A stretch of DNA of 64,000 nt. Origin: Torpedo marmorata (Eukaryota). Both the position numbers and the translations under genes were made by a program. Below, piece by piece: positions 1 through 10,198 of the stretch. The number at the start of each line of letters is the position of its first letter. Position 1 is the first letter of the stretch. Under the pieces are notes generated by a model. That model was not told the DNA's origin. It saw only the letters and a program-made list of their open reading frames with translations, and ran no database searches. The stretch is from positions 134,850,001 to 134,914,000 of the forward strand of contig OZ360220.1 of the NCBI GenBank assembly GCA_977017645.1, in the 5' to 3' direction.

Positions 1-490
1 TATAGATAGACCATAAAATCACTAGAGCACTTTTTATTTTTAAGTAAAACTTCAAACATAAACTGGCTCAAACTAAGCTAACCACCGCCAACTCCCGACA
101 CAGACTGTTACCTGCTGGAGCCTCCCACGCTGACTGCCACTGGAGTCCTCATCTTGCAACAAGATCCCACTTACCTATCCCCCTCACTACTCCTTCCCTC
201 TCCTCCTGCACCTCTCCCTACTCCACCCCCATCTCCCCCTCTCTGCCCCACTCTCCTCCCCAACCCTCAGACCTCATCCCTTCCCTTCCCTCCATCCCCC
301 CCTCTCTCTGGCTACCCTCCCTACCCCCCTCTCCCACCCTCCTACCTCCCCTACCCCCCACCTCCCCCCTCCGACCCCCCCTCCCCCTCCCTCCAACCTC
401 CCCCACCCTCCACCTCCCCCCTCTGACCTCCCCAACCCTCCCCCTCCCCCTAACACCCTCCACAACACCGATCCCCACTCTAACCCCTGC

Positions 491-2671
491 TTGGTTTTTA
501 CTATCCCCTCCGACCTTCCCCTCTCTGAGACGGAGCGCTCCTTCCTCAGTAGAGGCCTCACCTTCGTCCCCCTCCGCCAACACCTCAACGAGTTCCGCGC
601 ACGCCATGATGCCGAACTCTTCTTCCGTCGCCTCCGCCTCCGTGCTCACTTCCATGACCGTGATTCTCCAACCCCCACCCAAGACCCTTTCTCCCGCTTC
701 AAGCCTTCTTCCTCTTCCTGGACACCCCGCCCTGGCCAGCTGCCCGCTCTGGACCTTTTTATTTCCAACTGCCGCCGAGACATCAACCATCTCAACTTCA
801 CCACCCCCCTCTCGTATTCCAACCTCACCTCCTCAGAACGCTCTGCCCTCCACTCTCTCCGCAACAATCCCAACCTCACAATCAAACCCGCAGACAAGGG
901 CGGTGCAGTTGTGGTCTGGCGCACTGACCTCTACCTTGCCGAGGCAAGTCGACAACTCTCAGACACCTCCTCCTACCGACCCCTCCCACAGGACCCCACC
1001 ACAGCACATCAAGCCACTGTCTCCAACACCATCTCCGACCTCATCACCTACGGTCACCTCCCCTCCACGGCCACCAACCTCATTCTCCCTCACCCCCGCA
1101 CTGCCCGTTTCTACCTTCTACCCAAGATACACAAACCCAACCATCCGGGCAGACCCATTGTTTCTGCCTGCTCCTGCCCCACCGAACTAGTTTCATCTTA
1201 CCTTGACTCCATCTTTTCTCCCCTGGTCCAATCCCTCCCCACCTACATCCACGACACCTCACATGCCCTCCATCTCCTCAATGACTTCAGATTCCCTGAA
1301 CCAGACCGCATCATCTTCACCATGGATGTCCAATCCCTTTATATCTCTATCCCCCACACAGAAGGTCTGAAAGCACTTCGCTTCTTCCTGGACCAAAGAC
1401 CCGACCAGTCACCCTCTACCACCACCCTCCTCCGCCTGGCAGAACTTGTCCTCACTCTCAATAACTTCTCCTTCAACTCATCCCACTTCCTCCAAATCAA
1501 AGGAGTAGCCATGGGTACCAGCATGGGTCCCAGCTACGCCTGCCTGTTTGTGGGCTTTGTGGAGCAATCCATGCTGCAAGCCTACACAGGCAAGACCCCT
1601 CATCTCTTCCTCCGGTATATCGACGACTACATCGGGGCTGCCTCATGCACCCACGATGAGCTTGTCAACTTCATCCACTTCGCATCCAACTTTCACCACG
1701 ATCTCAAACTCACCTGGTCCATCTCCGATAACACTCTCCCCTTCCTGGATCTCTCTGTCTCCATCTCGGGAGACAAGCTTTCCACCGACATTTACTACAA
1801 ACCCTCCAACTCCCACAACTATCTGGACTACACATCCTCACACCCTGTCCCCTGCAAGGACTCCATCCCCTTCTCTCAATTTCTCCGCCTCCGCCGCATC
1901 TGTTCCCAAGATGAGGTGTTCCACTCCAGATCTTCTGAAATGTCTGCCTTTTTCCACAAACGTGGCTTCCCCTCCACCACCATCAACTCAGCCCTCACCC
2001 GCATCTCCTCCATTTCCCGCTCATCTACCCTGGCCCCCTCTGCCCCCAGACGCAACAAACATAGAATACCCCTCATCCTCACCTACCACCCCACCAGCCT
2101 CTGCATCCAACACATTATCTGCCGGAATTTCCGGCACTTGCTGCAGGATCCCACCACCAGACACATTTTTCCTCCTCCTCCCCTCTCGGCCTTCCGTAGG
2201 GACCGCTCCCTCCGCGATTCACTCGTGCACTCGTCCCTCCCCACCCATCGCACCCCCGGAACCTTCCCCTGTGCCCGCAGGAGGTGCAACACCTGCGCCC
2301 ACACCTCCCCCCTCACCACGGTCCAGGGCCCCAAACAGGCCTTCCAAGTGAAACTACACTTCACTTGTACATCCAGAGGACTTATTTACTGCATCCGGTG
2401 CTCCCTTTGTGGCTTTTTATACATTGGAGAGACCGGTCGTAGATTGGGAGACCGCTTTGCTGAGCACCTCCTCTCCGTCCGCAACAACAGCGACCTCCCA
2501 GTAGCCAACCATTTCAATTCTGGGTCACACTCCCACACTCACATGTCTGTCCATGGCCTCATGTACTATCCCACCCAGACTACCCGCAAATTGGAGGAAC
2601 AACATCTCATATTCCGTCTCGGCACTCTCCAGCCAGATGGCATTAACATTGACTTTTCTGTTTTCCACTAA
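491..2671 (+). CDS. PLE reverse transcriptase + GIY-YIG endonuclease ORF (726 aa, TTG start in track)
   Basis: Motifs IKPADKGG, PKIHK...PGRPIVS, DVQSLY, GVAMG, RYIDD, FLD, Cys-rich linker CARRRCNTC, and LIYCIRC..C...YIGETGRRLGDRFAEH. Confidence 0.9.
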   Translation: MVFTIPSDLPLSETERSFLSRGLTFVPLRQHLNEFRARHDAELFFRRLRLRAHFHDRDSPTPTQDPFSRFKPSSSSWTPRPGQLPALDLFISNCRRDINHLNFTTPLSYSNLTSSERSALHSLRNNPNLTIKPADKGGAVVVWRTDLYLAEASRQLSDTSSYRPLPQDPTTAHQATVSNTISDLITYGHLPSTATNLILPHPRTARFYLLPKIHKPNHPGRPIVSACSCPTELVSSYLDSIFSPLVQSLPTYIHDTSHALHLLNDFRFPEPDRIIFTMDVQSLYISIPHTEGLKALRFFLDQRPDQSPSTTTLLRLAELVLTLNNFSFNSSHFLQIKGVAMGTSMGPSYACLFVGFVEQSMLQAYTGKTPHLFLRYIDDYIGAASCTHDELVNFIHFASNFHHDLKLTWSISDNTLPFLDLSVSISGDKLSTDIYYKPSNSHNYLDYTSSHPVPCKDSIPFSQFLRLRRICSQDEVFHSRSSEMSAFFHKRGFPSTTINSALTRISSISRSSTLAPSAPRRNKHRIPLILTYHPTSLCIQHIICRNFRHLLQDPTTRHIFPPPPLSAFRRDRSLRDSLVHSSLPTHRTPGTFPCARRRCNTCAHTSPLTTVQGPKQAFQVKLHFTCTSRGLIYCIRCSLCGFLYIGETGRRLGDRFAEHLLSVRNNSDLPVANHFNSGSHSHTHMSVHGLMYYPTQTTRKLEEQHLIFRLGTLQPDGINIDFSVFH

Positions 2672-2856
2672 ACCTGCTTGTTGTTCCTTTCCCCTCCCCC
2701 CTCACCTGTCCTTCCTGTTTTTTTCCACCCACCCAGCCATCCCTCCTCCCCCTCTTTGCTGCTGTCCCCTCCCTCCTTTCTCCACCTATCATCTCCTGCC
2801 TTTCCCACCCCCCTTCCCCCCTCACTCCTTTGTTCAGACGCCTGCCGGCATTTTCT

Positions 2857-2897
2857 CATACTTTGATGAAGGGCTCAAGCCCGAAACGTCAGTTATG
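2857..2897 (+). ncRNA. Minimal hammerhead-ribozyme-like motif in PLE 3' end
   Basis: catact-TTGATGA-A-GGGC-tcaa-GCCC-GAAA-CG-TC-agttatg: core UUGAUGA/GAAA/UC, 4-bp stem II, stem I catact/agt(t)atg. Confidence 0.6.
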
Positions 2898-2974
2898 TAT
2901 TTCTACCTTTGCTACATAAAAGACACTGTTTGACCTGCTGAGTTCTCCAGCTTTTGTGTTTTTTACCTGAAAAT

Positions 2975-3779
2975 ATACTGTACATGCAGTGAAAGCAGAT
3001 TACAACAATGTCATCATCGTTGATATGGTGATCATTGTCTTCAGGTTGGAGTCTTTTTAAAGACTTCTTCCAGTGTCAACTGTTTCATTAAAAGAGGTTT
3101 CTGTCTAAGCAATCTCTCTTTAATTGAATAAACTGCCATAATCTCATGCTCACTGATAAATGCACATTGTTCCATGCCACCAATTAACTGATCACACATT
3201 ATAACCATATCATCTATGGGCATTTTTTCACCTGTGTTTACAATGTCTTCTTCCTCATCGCTACTGTCCTCATGCTTATCGTTATTTAACACCATTTCAG
3301 CAATTTCTCCATCACTCAAGGAATGCACAACAGGTGCATCATTGTCAATGTTCAGCACCTCTTCGAGGATAGCTGGCTCTATATATTTTCATTTTCTGCT
3401 GCAACACTTTTGGCGTAAGCAATGAGGTTTGATATCAGCTTCCTCTCGTTACTGACACAAAATCCTTCAAAGTCTTCAGCTGCAGGCTCATTTTCATCGA
3501 CGGGGGTGGGGCGTCCGAGCATCTACGACAAATCGGGCATCCGTATACGGCGATTTGGAGGTGCTAGACTCCGTTTTTTTCGGTGGCACTTATAAAGCAA
3601 GGATTCGGTAGGTTCCACTAATTACCGACGCGGACCAACACGGGATACACGGGATATTCAACATGGGATGTTGAGTATGTGTCACGTCAGGTCATGTTTG
3701 GTGCCAAACTCCAGCTTTGGTGAGCAGATGACATCCATGGAAAAAATGTTCGGTTTTCAGATAAAAGGTTAGGCACCTG
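2975..3779 (-). mobile_element. Tigger/pogo-like DNA transposon remnant (internally deleted)
   Basis: ORF 3041..3358 resembles the acidic C-terminus of Tigger/Jerky-like transposases (SDGEI...DSSDEEE...KQLTLEEVFKK); TA-CAGGTG terminus at about 3779 on the minus strand. Confidence 0.6.
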
Positions 3780-3782
3780 TAC

Positions 3783-5015
3783 AACCCGACGAAACAGCGT
3801 TCTCCGGTCCTCGGTGCAAAACATGCAACCAGACATAACACACATACAGACAGACAATACATATGCAGGACAAGTATTCATATATACAAATAAATAAATA
3901 AATATTGTTTCGTAAATATGAGAGTCTCAGATGGTTATGTGAGCAGTTCCTTTGGTCGTTCAGCATTCTCACTACCCGTGGGAAGAAACTGTTCCTCAGC
4001 CTGGTGGTGCTGGCTCTGATACTTCTGTATCTTTTTCCCGATGGGAATAGCTGAAAAATGTGGTGTGCGGGGTGGAAGGGGACCTCAATGATTTTGCACG
4101 CCCTCTTCAGACAATGATCCTGGTGGATCACGTCGAGAGGGGGAGGGAGACTCTAGTGATCCTCTCTGCCCTCTTGTGGTGCTGCGAATTGACCTTCGAT
4201 CTATTTCTCTGCAGCAACCGTACCGCACTGTGATCCAGCTGGCCAGGACACTCTCAATAGAGCTCCTGTAGAAGGTTGACATGATGGTAGCTGGTAGCCT
4301 TGCCCACTTCAGTCTTCTCAGGAAGTGCGGCCACTGTTGTGCCTTCCTGACAAGTGAGGAGATGTGTGCCCACGATAAGTCACTAGTTAAGTGCACACCA
4401 AGGAACTTGGTTTTCTCTACTCTCTCCACTACAGTGCCGTGGAGGGTGGTCATTCCTGGTCCTTCTAAAGCCCACGATCATCTCCTTTGTTTTGTCCACG
4501 TTGAGACTCAAGTTGTTACTCTCGCACCATACCACGAGATTTTCCATCTCTCCTTCTCTGTAGGGCGACTCATCATTGTTGCTGATGAGGCCAACTATTG
4601 TTGTGTCATCTGTAAACTTAATGACTCTGTTGGAGGTGGATCTGTCTCAGTGGGTCAGCAAGGTAAACAGGAGTGGGCTGAGCACACAGCCCCAAGGTGC
4701 GCCAGTGCTCAGCGTGACAGCGCTCGATGTTCTGCTACCGACCCAGACAGACTGTCGTCTTTCTGTTAGGAAGTCCAGGATCCAGTTACAGAGAGGGGTG
4801 TTAAGTCCCAGCGAGGACAGCTGCTTAAGTCGATGAAAAGCAGCCTGGCCTATGAGGCATCGTTCTCAAGATGGGTCAGGACGGAGTGGAGTGACAAGGC
4901 TATAGCATCGTCTGGGGAACAGCTTCTTCCATAGGCAAATTGAAATGGGTCCAGCGTCTCTGGGAGGTGTGCTTTGATGCGTTCCATCACCAGACGCTCG
5001 AAGCATTTCATAATC
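3783..5015 (-). mobile_element. Rex1/Babar-like LINE, 5'-truncated and degraded
   Basis: ORF pieces VERVEKTKFLGVHLTSDLSW, FYRSSIESVL and HPAHHIFQLFPSGKRYRSIRASTTRLRNSFFP are the typical C-terminal RT region. Confidence 0.8.
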
Positions 5016-6307
5016 ATAATAATCAATTGATTAATTCAGCAAAAAAATAGTTCAGTAGACTTACTGAATATAGTAAAACTGTGTTTAAGAAGTTATGTGT
5101 AACTAAGTAAAACATGGAGGCAAATCTGTGAATTCACAAACTCCAAGGGACAAGGTGTGTAACGTATAAGTAGTTGGAAGAAAATTACAGAACAGAGAAC
5201 TAAAAAAACCAGTGAACAAATAGAAAGTGGAGGGACTTGGTGTGTCAGACATCATCCATGGATAGAAGTCGATCCATGGATGCTGCGAGTCCCTCCAGAT
5301 TCTTTTCTCACTCGATTCCAGCACTTGCAGTTTTTGTGTTTTTCTACAAAAACAATGACTGCCAACCAAGTAACTTCTGATATGGTCTCCCTTACTCTGT
5401 TCAATACTGAGAGGCTGCGATCATGTAACTTCAATGTCTCATCGTAACAGTTGAGCAACTCTGAGTTGTAAACGTTGAGTTTAACGCAATTAATGTTACT
5501 AAACCAGGATTGATGTCAGGTCAAATCATTCATTTGTCATAAATAGACATATTTATGGCACATCCAATGTCTGTGCTTCAAATATGCTTTGGCTATTTTA
5601 TTTCAAGCTGATATATTTTTTCTCATTCCCCCCCACCCCCCTCTCCAATTACAATGATGATCACAGCCCACCTGATATCTTAAAATGATTCTCACCCTCA
5701 CAGGTTCTAATTTTCCACTTTGAAACATACTGAGATTATGAAAGGTACTGTAAAATTTAAAGCCTTTTGATGAAATTATGAGATATGGTACAAGCCAAAT
5801 GGCCATATGTAGATTAAAATTCTGCATGCCAATTAGCCTTAAACATTATAAAGGTAAAATCTAAAATAGCCTAAGACAATAACTTTCTTTGGTCCAACTC
5901 GATTAATTTTTTTACATTCATCTTATTTAATATTTTAGCTACCTGCGATCTAAATCAATCTCTCATCCTAGCAATAGTACAGTTAGGAAAACTTCTCACT
6001 GATACCATGTTTAACTAAAAATATTAATAAAACAGAATGCAAGGAAAAATATTAATAAAACAGAACGCAAGGAAACCCACCGTGAAACTGTTACGGCTTT
6101 CACTTCACTCAACTTGTTGCACCTTTCCAAAAAAGAAAATCCAATTCTGCTTGCATCCGGTTCAAGAAACAGCTGGGATTGCTCGTGCCGAGTGTAGGAT
6201 TTTCTGACCCATAAAAACCCAGGAGCAAGCTGAGTAAAAAGCACAGGTGTGACCCAGGAATCATATCAACAAGAAAATGAATGACGTAAAAAAAGACAGC
6301 ATTGTGT

Positions 6308-7110
6308 TTCAAGGTTCCTTTTATTGTCACATAATAATACAAAAAAATGTAACATACATGATATACTTCAACTTTTGCCGGCCGTAAGGCAAAGAGTCGC
6401 CATGAGCATTGCCTGGCACCCCTTCAATAGGAGAAAGAGAAACAAAAATAGAGTCCCTTCAGATACACAAAGTGTCCGTGGATTCACCTCCAGCGCTCCC
6501 GCAGACTTTGCAGCCTCACAGAATTCTGTTCAAACCATCGGCAACCTGAGCTCCAGATCCAAACCTCCATTACGATCAGGAAGTCTTCAGTGCCAGAGGC
6601 CCTTCGAGAGCCCTTCTTGCCCTCAGCACCCTCTCAAATCTCAGTTCCGATACCTGATTCCCATGAGCTCCCGCAGCCTGTGCGAGTCCTTCGATCGCAA
6701 GTCGCCAACAGCCCGCAGCCTGTGTGGGACCTTCAGCCACTGAGCCCCTCGCTGGTCCGTTGCCATGGTCACCTTCCCTGTAGGGTTGTCTCCTAGGCTT
6801 CCCCTTCACAATAAGGGGGTGTTCTCCCCATTTCTGGTGACCTGTGCCAGTCTGCTGCACTCCTAGAGTCAACAATCCATCGTGGTTTGCTGCACAGCAC
6901 AGGCGCAGCCATTTTGGGTGCAGACCTCCGTGGTTGCGGGATGTTTAAAAAAAAACGTCGGCTCCTCTAACAGGCTGTTTAAAGCCTGTGTGGACCCGTT
7001 GGCATCACGACTGGACAGTTGGACCCTGTAGAGCAGCGCTTTGTCTCCTCTTCCCGGTCCCCCAGGTCCACGCCAGTGGCAGCGCAGCCTTTACAGCAGT
7101 ACAACTGCGT
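6308..7110 (-). mobile_element. Non-autonomous retroelement with LINE-like 3' end (same family as 46720-47535)
   Basis: Shares blocks with 46720-47535 (gagtccc..cag...gtgtccgt.gattc.cctccagcgct; gccat.ttggg..cagac..cgtgg); plus-strand tttattgtca end as in the Rex1 copy at 17081. Confidence 0.6.
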
Positions 7111-7169
7111 AGCAACTGCACAAAAAATAACTTAATTTTACAGTACAGCTTTCACTCAGCACAGTGGGG

Positions 7170-7990
7170 CTTAGAACATGGACGAGTATAGTACAGGAAT
7201 GATGTCAATTTAACCAACCCCATCAACCTGCATGTGGTCCATCCCTCTCTATTCCCTGCATGTTCATGTGTCTTTCTTAAAATCTTTTTAATGTTGCTAT
7301 TGTATCTGCTTCTACCACCTCCACAGACAGTGTGTTCCAGGCACCTATTGAGACTCTGTCTCAAATAAAACGTGCCGTACAAATCTCCTTTAAACTTTCC
7401 TCCTCTCACCTTAAATCTATGCTCTCTGGTATTTGACATTTTCACTCTGAGAACTATCTACAATATATATGCCTCTCATAATTTTATATACTTCTACAGG
7501 TCACTCCTCAACCTCGAGCACCCTTGAGAAAATACTCCGTTTGTCCAACTTCTCCTTATAGCTGGAGAAGCAAGGGACTGCAGAATGTTGGAATTTGGAG
7601 CAAGACACAAACTACTGGTGGAATTCAGTGGGTCAAGTGGCATCTGTTGGGGGGTGGGTGGGTAGGAATCCTGATTCCTTCCACTCCCCCACTCCCATTC
7701 ATGCTGCTCAATCCGCAAGGTTCCTCCAACAGTTTGATTCTTGCTCTTCTCCAATCTAGGCAACACTCCAGTGAACCTCTTCTGCAGCCTCTCCAAAGTC
7801 CATATCGTTCCTATAGTTTGGTGACCACAAATGCACGCGGTACTCCAAATGTGTTTAAAGCAAAGTTTTGTACTGCGGCAGCACAACTTCCCAACTTTTT
7901 TACACAATGTCCTGACTGATGAAGACAATCATGCCGTATGCCTTCTTTCCCTCCCTGAGCAATCATGTGGCCATTTTCAAGGAGCTACGA
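7170..7990 (-). mobile_element. Degraded CR1 LINE 3' fragment with a short PLE-tail insert (about 7570-7750)
   Basis: TREHRFKVRGGKFKGD and LERLQKRFTGVLP are CR1 ORF2 C-terminal motifs. Confidence 0.7.
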
Positions 7991-9114
7991 CTTGTGAAAG
8001 AATTGACACTATTTGGAATTAGCACTGGGCTAGAAACCAGAGCTTTTCAAAATGGACTTTGCTTAGACCTTTTTAAAGATGACTTAATTCGCTAGATACA
8101 CAGAGGTACGAGATTCTATGATATGCATTACATAAAATAAGTTGGATACTGTTATCTTTAAAGATTGCAGTCTGTCTTTATGCATCCATTTTAAATTATA
8201 CTGTATCTGACACAAAGAAGATATTGCACAACAGAACCTCTCACAATTGTTTGATTGGGTGAGTATCACATTAATGATCCCCATCAACTTGTTTTCCTAC
8301 AGCGTCTTTGATGAAGCAAAATACCTGTCAGTGCTTCACAGAAAAGGTTACCAGCCCGAATTCAACTCATATTGGCAAATAAGTGGGGGATAGGATAAGA
8401 GAAATAGAGGAGAGAGAGAGGTCATAGAGACATTCAGCATGGAAGAGGGCCTTTGGCCCAACTCATCCATGCCATCCAAGTTGGCATTGTGGGCTAGTCC
8501 CATTTGCCTGTATTTGGTCCATATCCTCCAAAGCCCTTGAAATCCATAAATCTGTTCAAATCCATTTTGAATGTCAAAAGTGTGCCAGCTTCTATAGTTT
8601 CCTTTGGCAGCTGATGAGGGAGAGATGAAGCAGTGATTAGCCAGAGATGAGGGAGGGCATTGCACAACCTTGAGCCAAAAAAGATGTAGGACCACTGCCA
8701 ATATTGATGCAATGAACATTACATGTTTTAGTGACCAGAATGGGAGGTGTACAGAGATCTCAGCGTGTGCCATAGCCGGAGGAGGTTACAAATACAGAGA
8801 AAAGTAAGACAGGGAAGGACCTTGAAAACAAGGATCAGATTACAATACAGTACGTTTCCGATTATCCGAAATGCTTGGGACCTGACCTGTCTCGGTTATC
8901 CGGATTTTTCGGATAATCGAGAAATTTCTTTAAGCAGACCAGTAGCATCAGCAGAACACTTGTATCTGCGGTTAAACAACAACAAATAACAACAGAAGGT
9001 TTTTCAAGCATGAAATAATGAAATAATGTTTAATTCTTACCAAAAAACGCTTCCTCCTTTTCTTCTCACTGACATCGAAAGTGCTATCTGCAGACCTTTT
9101 TGCCATTGCAGCTA

Positions 9115-10198
9115 CCGTATATTTCGGCGTATAAGTCGACCGGCGTATAAGTCGACCCCCCTTTTTCAGCCTCATTTTAATGGTTTTATGGTATATCCGG
9201 CGTATAAGTCGACCCCAAAAATCTCGATGCCTGAGATGTTGCGCATTGACCGGCGTATAAGTCGACCCCCAATTTTCAGGCTGTCTGGGCCTCCCAGCAA
9301 CAACCCAAAATTTGTTACAACATCCCAATCGCCAAGTAACAAAGCTGTAAATTAAGCAAGTACCGGTAAGTAAAAAAAACAGTAAAATAAACCTTTGCTT
9401 CTGGCCGGGAAGATGCAGGTGCGGCGACGTCTTTCTCCCGAGCAGGAGCGGGGACTCATTCTCCTGAGCAGTAGCGGGGAGCTCGTTCTCCCGAGCAGTA
9501 GCGGGGAGCTCGTTCTCCCAGGCAGGAGCGGGGAGCTCGTTCTCCCAGGCAGGAACGGGGAGCTCGTTCTCCCAGGCAGGAACGGGGAGCTCGTTCTCCC
9601 AGGCAGGAGCGGGGAGCTCGTTCTCCCAGGCAGGAGCGGGGAGCTCGTTCTCCCAAGCAGTAGCGGGGAGCTCGTTCTCCCGAGCAGTAGCGGGGAGATC
9701 GTTCTCCCAGGCAGGAGCGGGGAGCTCGTTCTCCCGAGCAGTAGCGGGGAGCTCGTTCTCCCAGGCAGTAGCGGGGAGCTCGTTCTCCCAGGCAGGAGCG
9801 GGGAGCTCGTTCTCCCGAGCAGTAGCGGGGAGCTCGTTCTCCCAGGCAGGAACGGGGAGCTCGTTCTCCCGGGTAGGAGCGGGGAGTTCAGGCTCTACAA
9901 TTGTAGAATGTCTGGGTGGTTTATGGCGGCGCCCGGCAGTGGGGAGGTGTCGGGGAGCGGCGGCGCCGGCGGTGGGGAGGCGCTTCCAGGGTCGACCTAT
10001 ATGCCGAATCGTGTTTTCAGGGGTCGACTTATACGCCGAATCGTGTTTTCAGGGGTCGACTTATACGCCGAATCGGCGTGAACTCGATTTTGAGCTGATT
10101 TTAAGGTCTCAAAAGTATATCCGGCGTATAAGTCGACCCCCGTTTTTTGAGACATTTTTGAGGGTTTCAAGGGTCGACTTATACGCCGAAATATACGG
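9115..10198. mobile_element. pogo/Tc2-like MITE nested in the outer MITE
   Basis: Perfect 27-bp TIR CCGTATATTTCGGCGTATAAGTCGACC; TA TSD; multiple subterminal CGGCGTATAAGTCGAC repeats. Confidence 0.9.
9449..9887. repeat. 27-bp minisatellite, about 16 units (GGGGAGCTCGTTCTCCC-AGGCAGGAGC/GAGCAGTAGC)
   Basis: Read directly; gives the ELVLPGRSG/ELVLPSSSG repeat in ORF 9395..10081. Confidence 0.95.

Larger units (their letters stand above)
82..2966 (+). mobile_element. Penelope-like retroelement (Neptune-type), copy 1, probably 5'-truncated
   Basis: Contains an RT + GIY-YIG ORF; near-identical inverted copy at 17923-20801; C-rich 5' part; 3' end carries a hammerhead-like motif. Confidence 0.92.

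Noticed and set aside
3041-3358. Domesticated TIGD/JRKL gene
   Set aside because: Only a C-terminal fragment next to a TIR; no DNA-binding or DDE domain; consistent with a transposon remnant.
9449-9887. Possible CRISPR-like array (palindromic repeat plus variable linker)
   Set aside because: Linkers are 10 nt and recur, there are no cas genes, and the context is eukaryotic, inside a MITE. It is a minisatellite.
9395-10081. 228-aa repeat-protein ORF
   Set aside because: Arises from a 27-bp stop-free repeat within a MITE; non-ATG start; no other sign of coding function.
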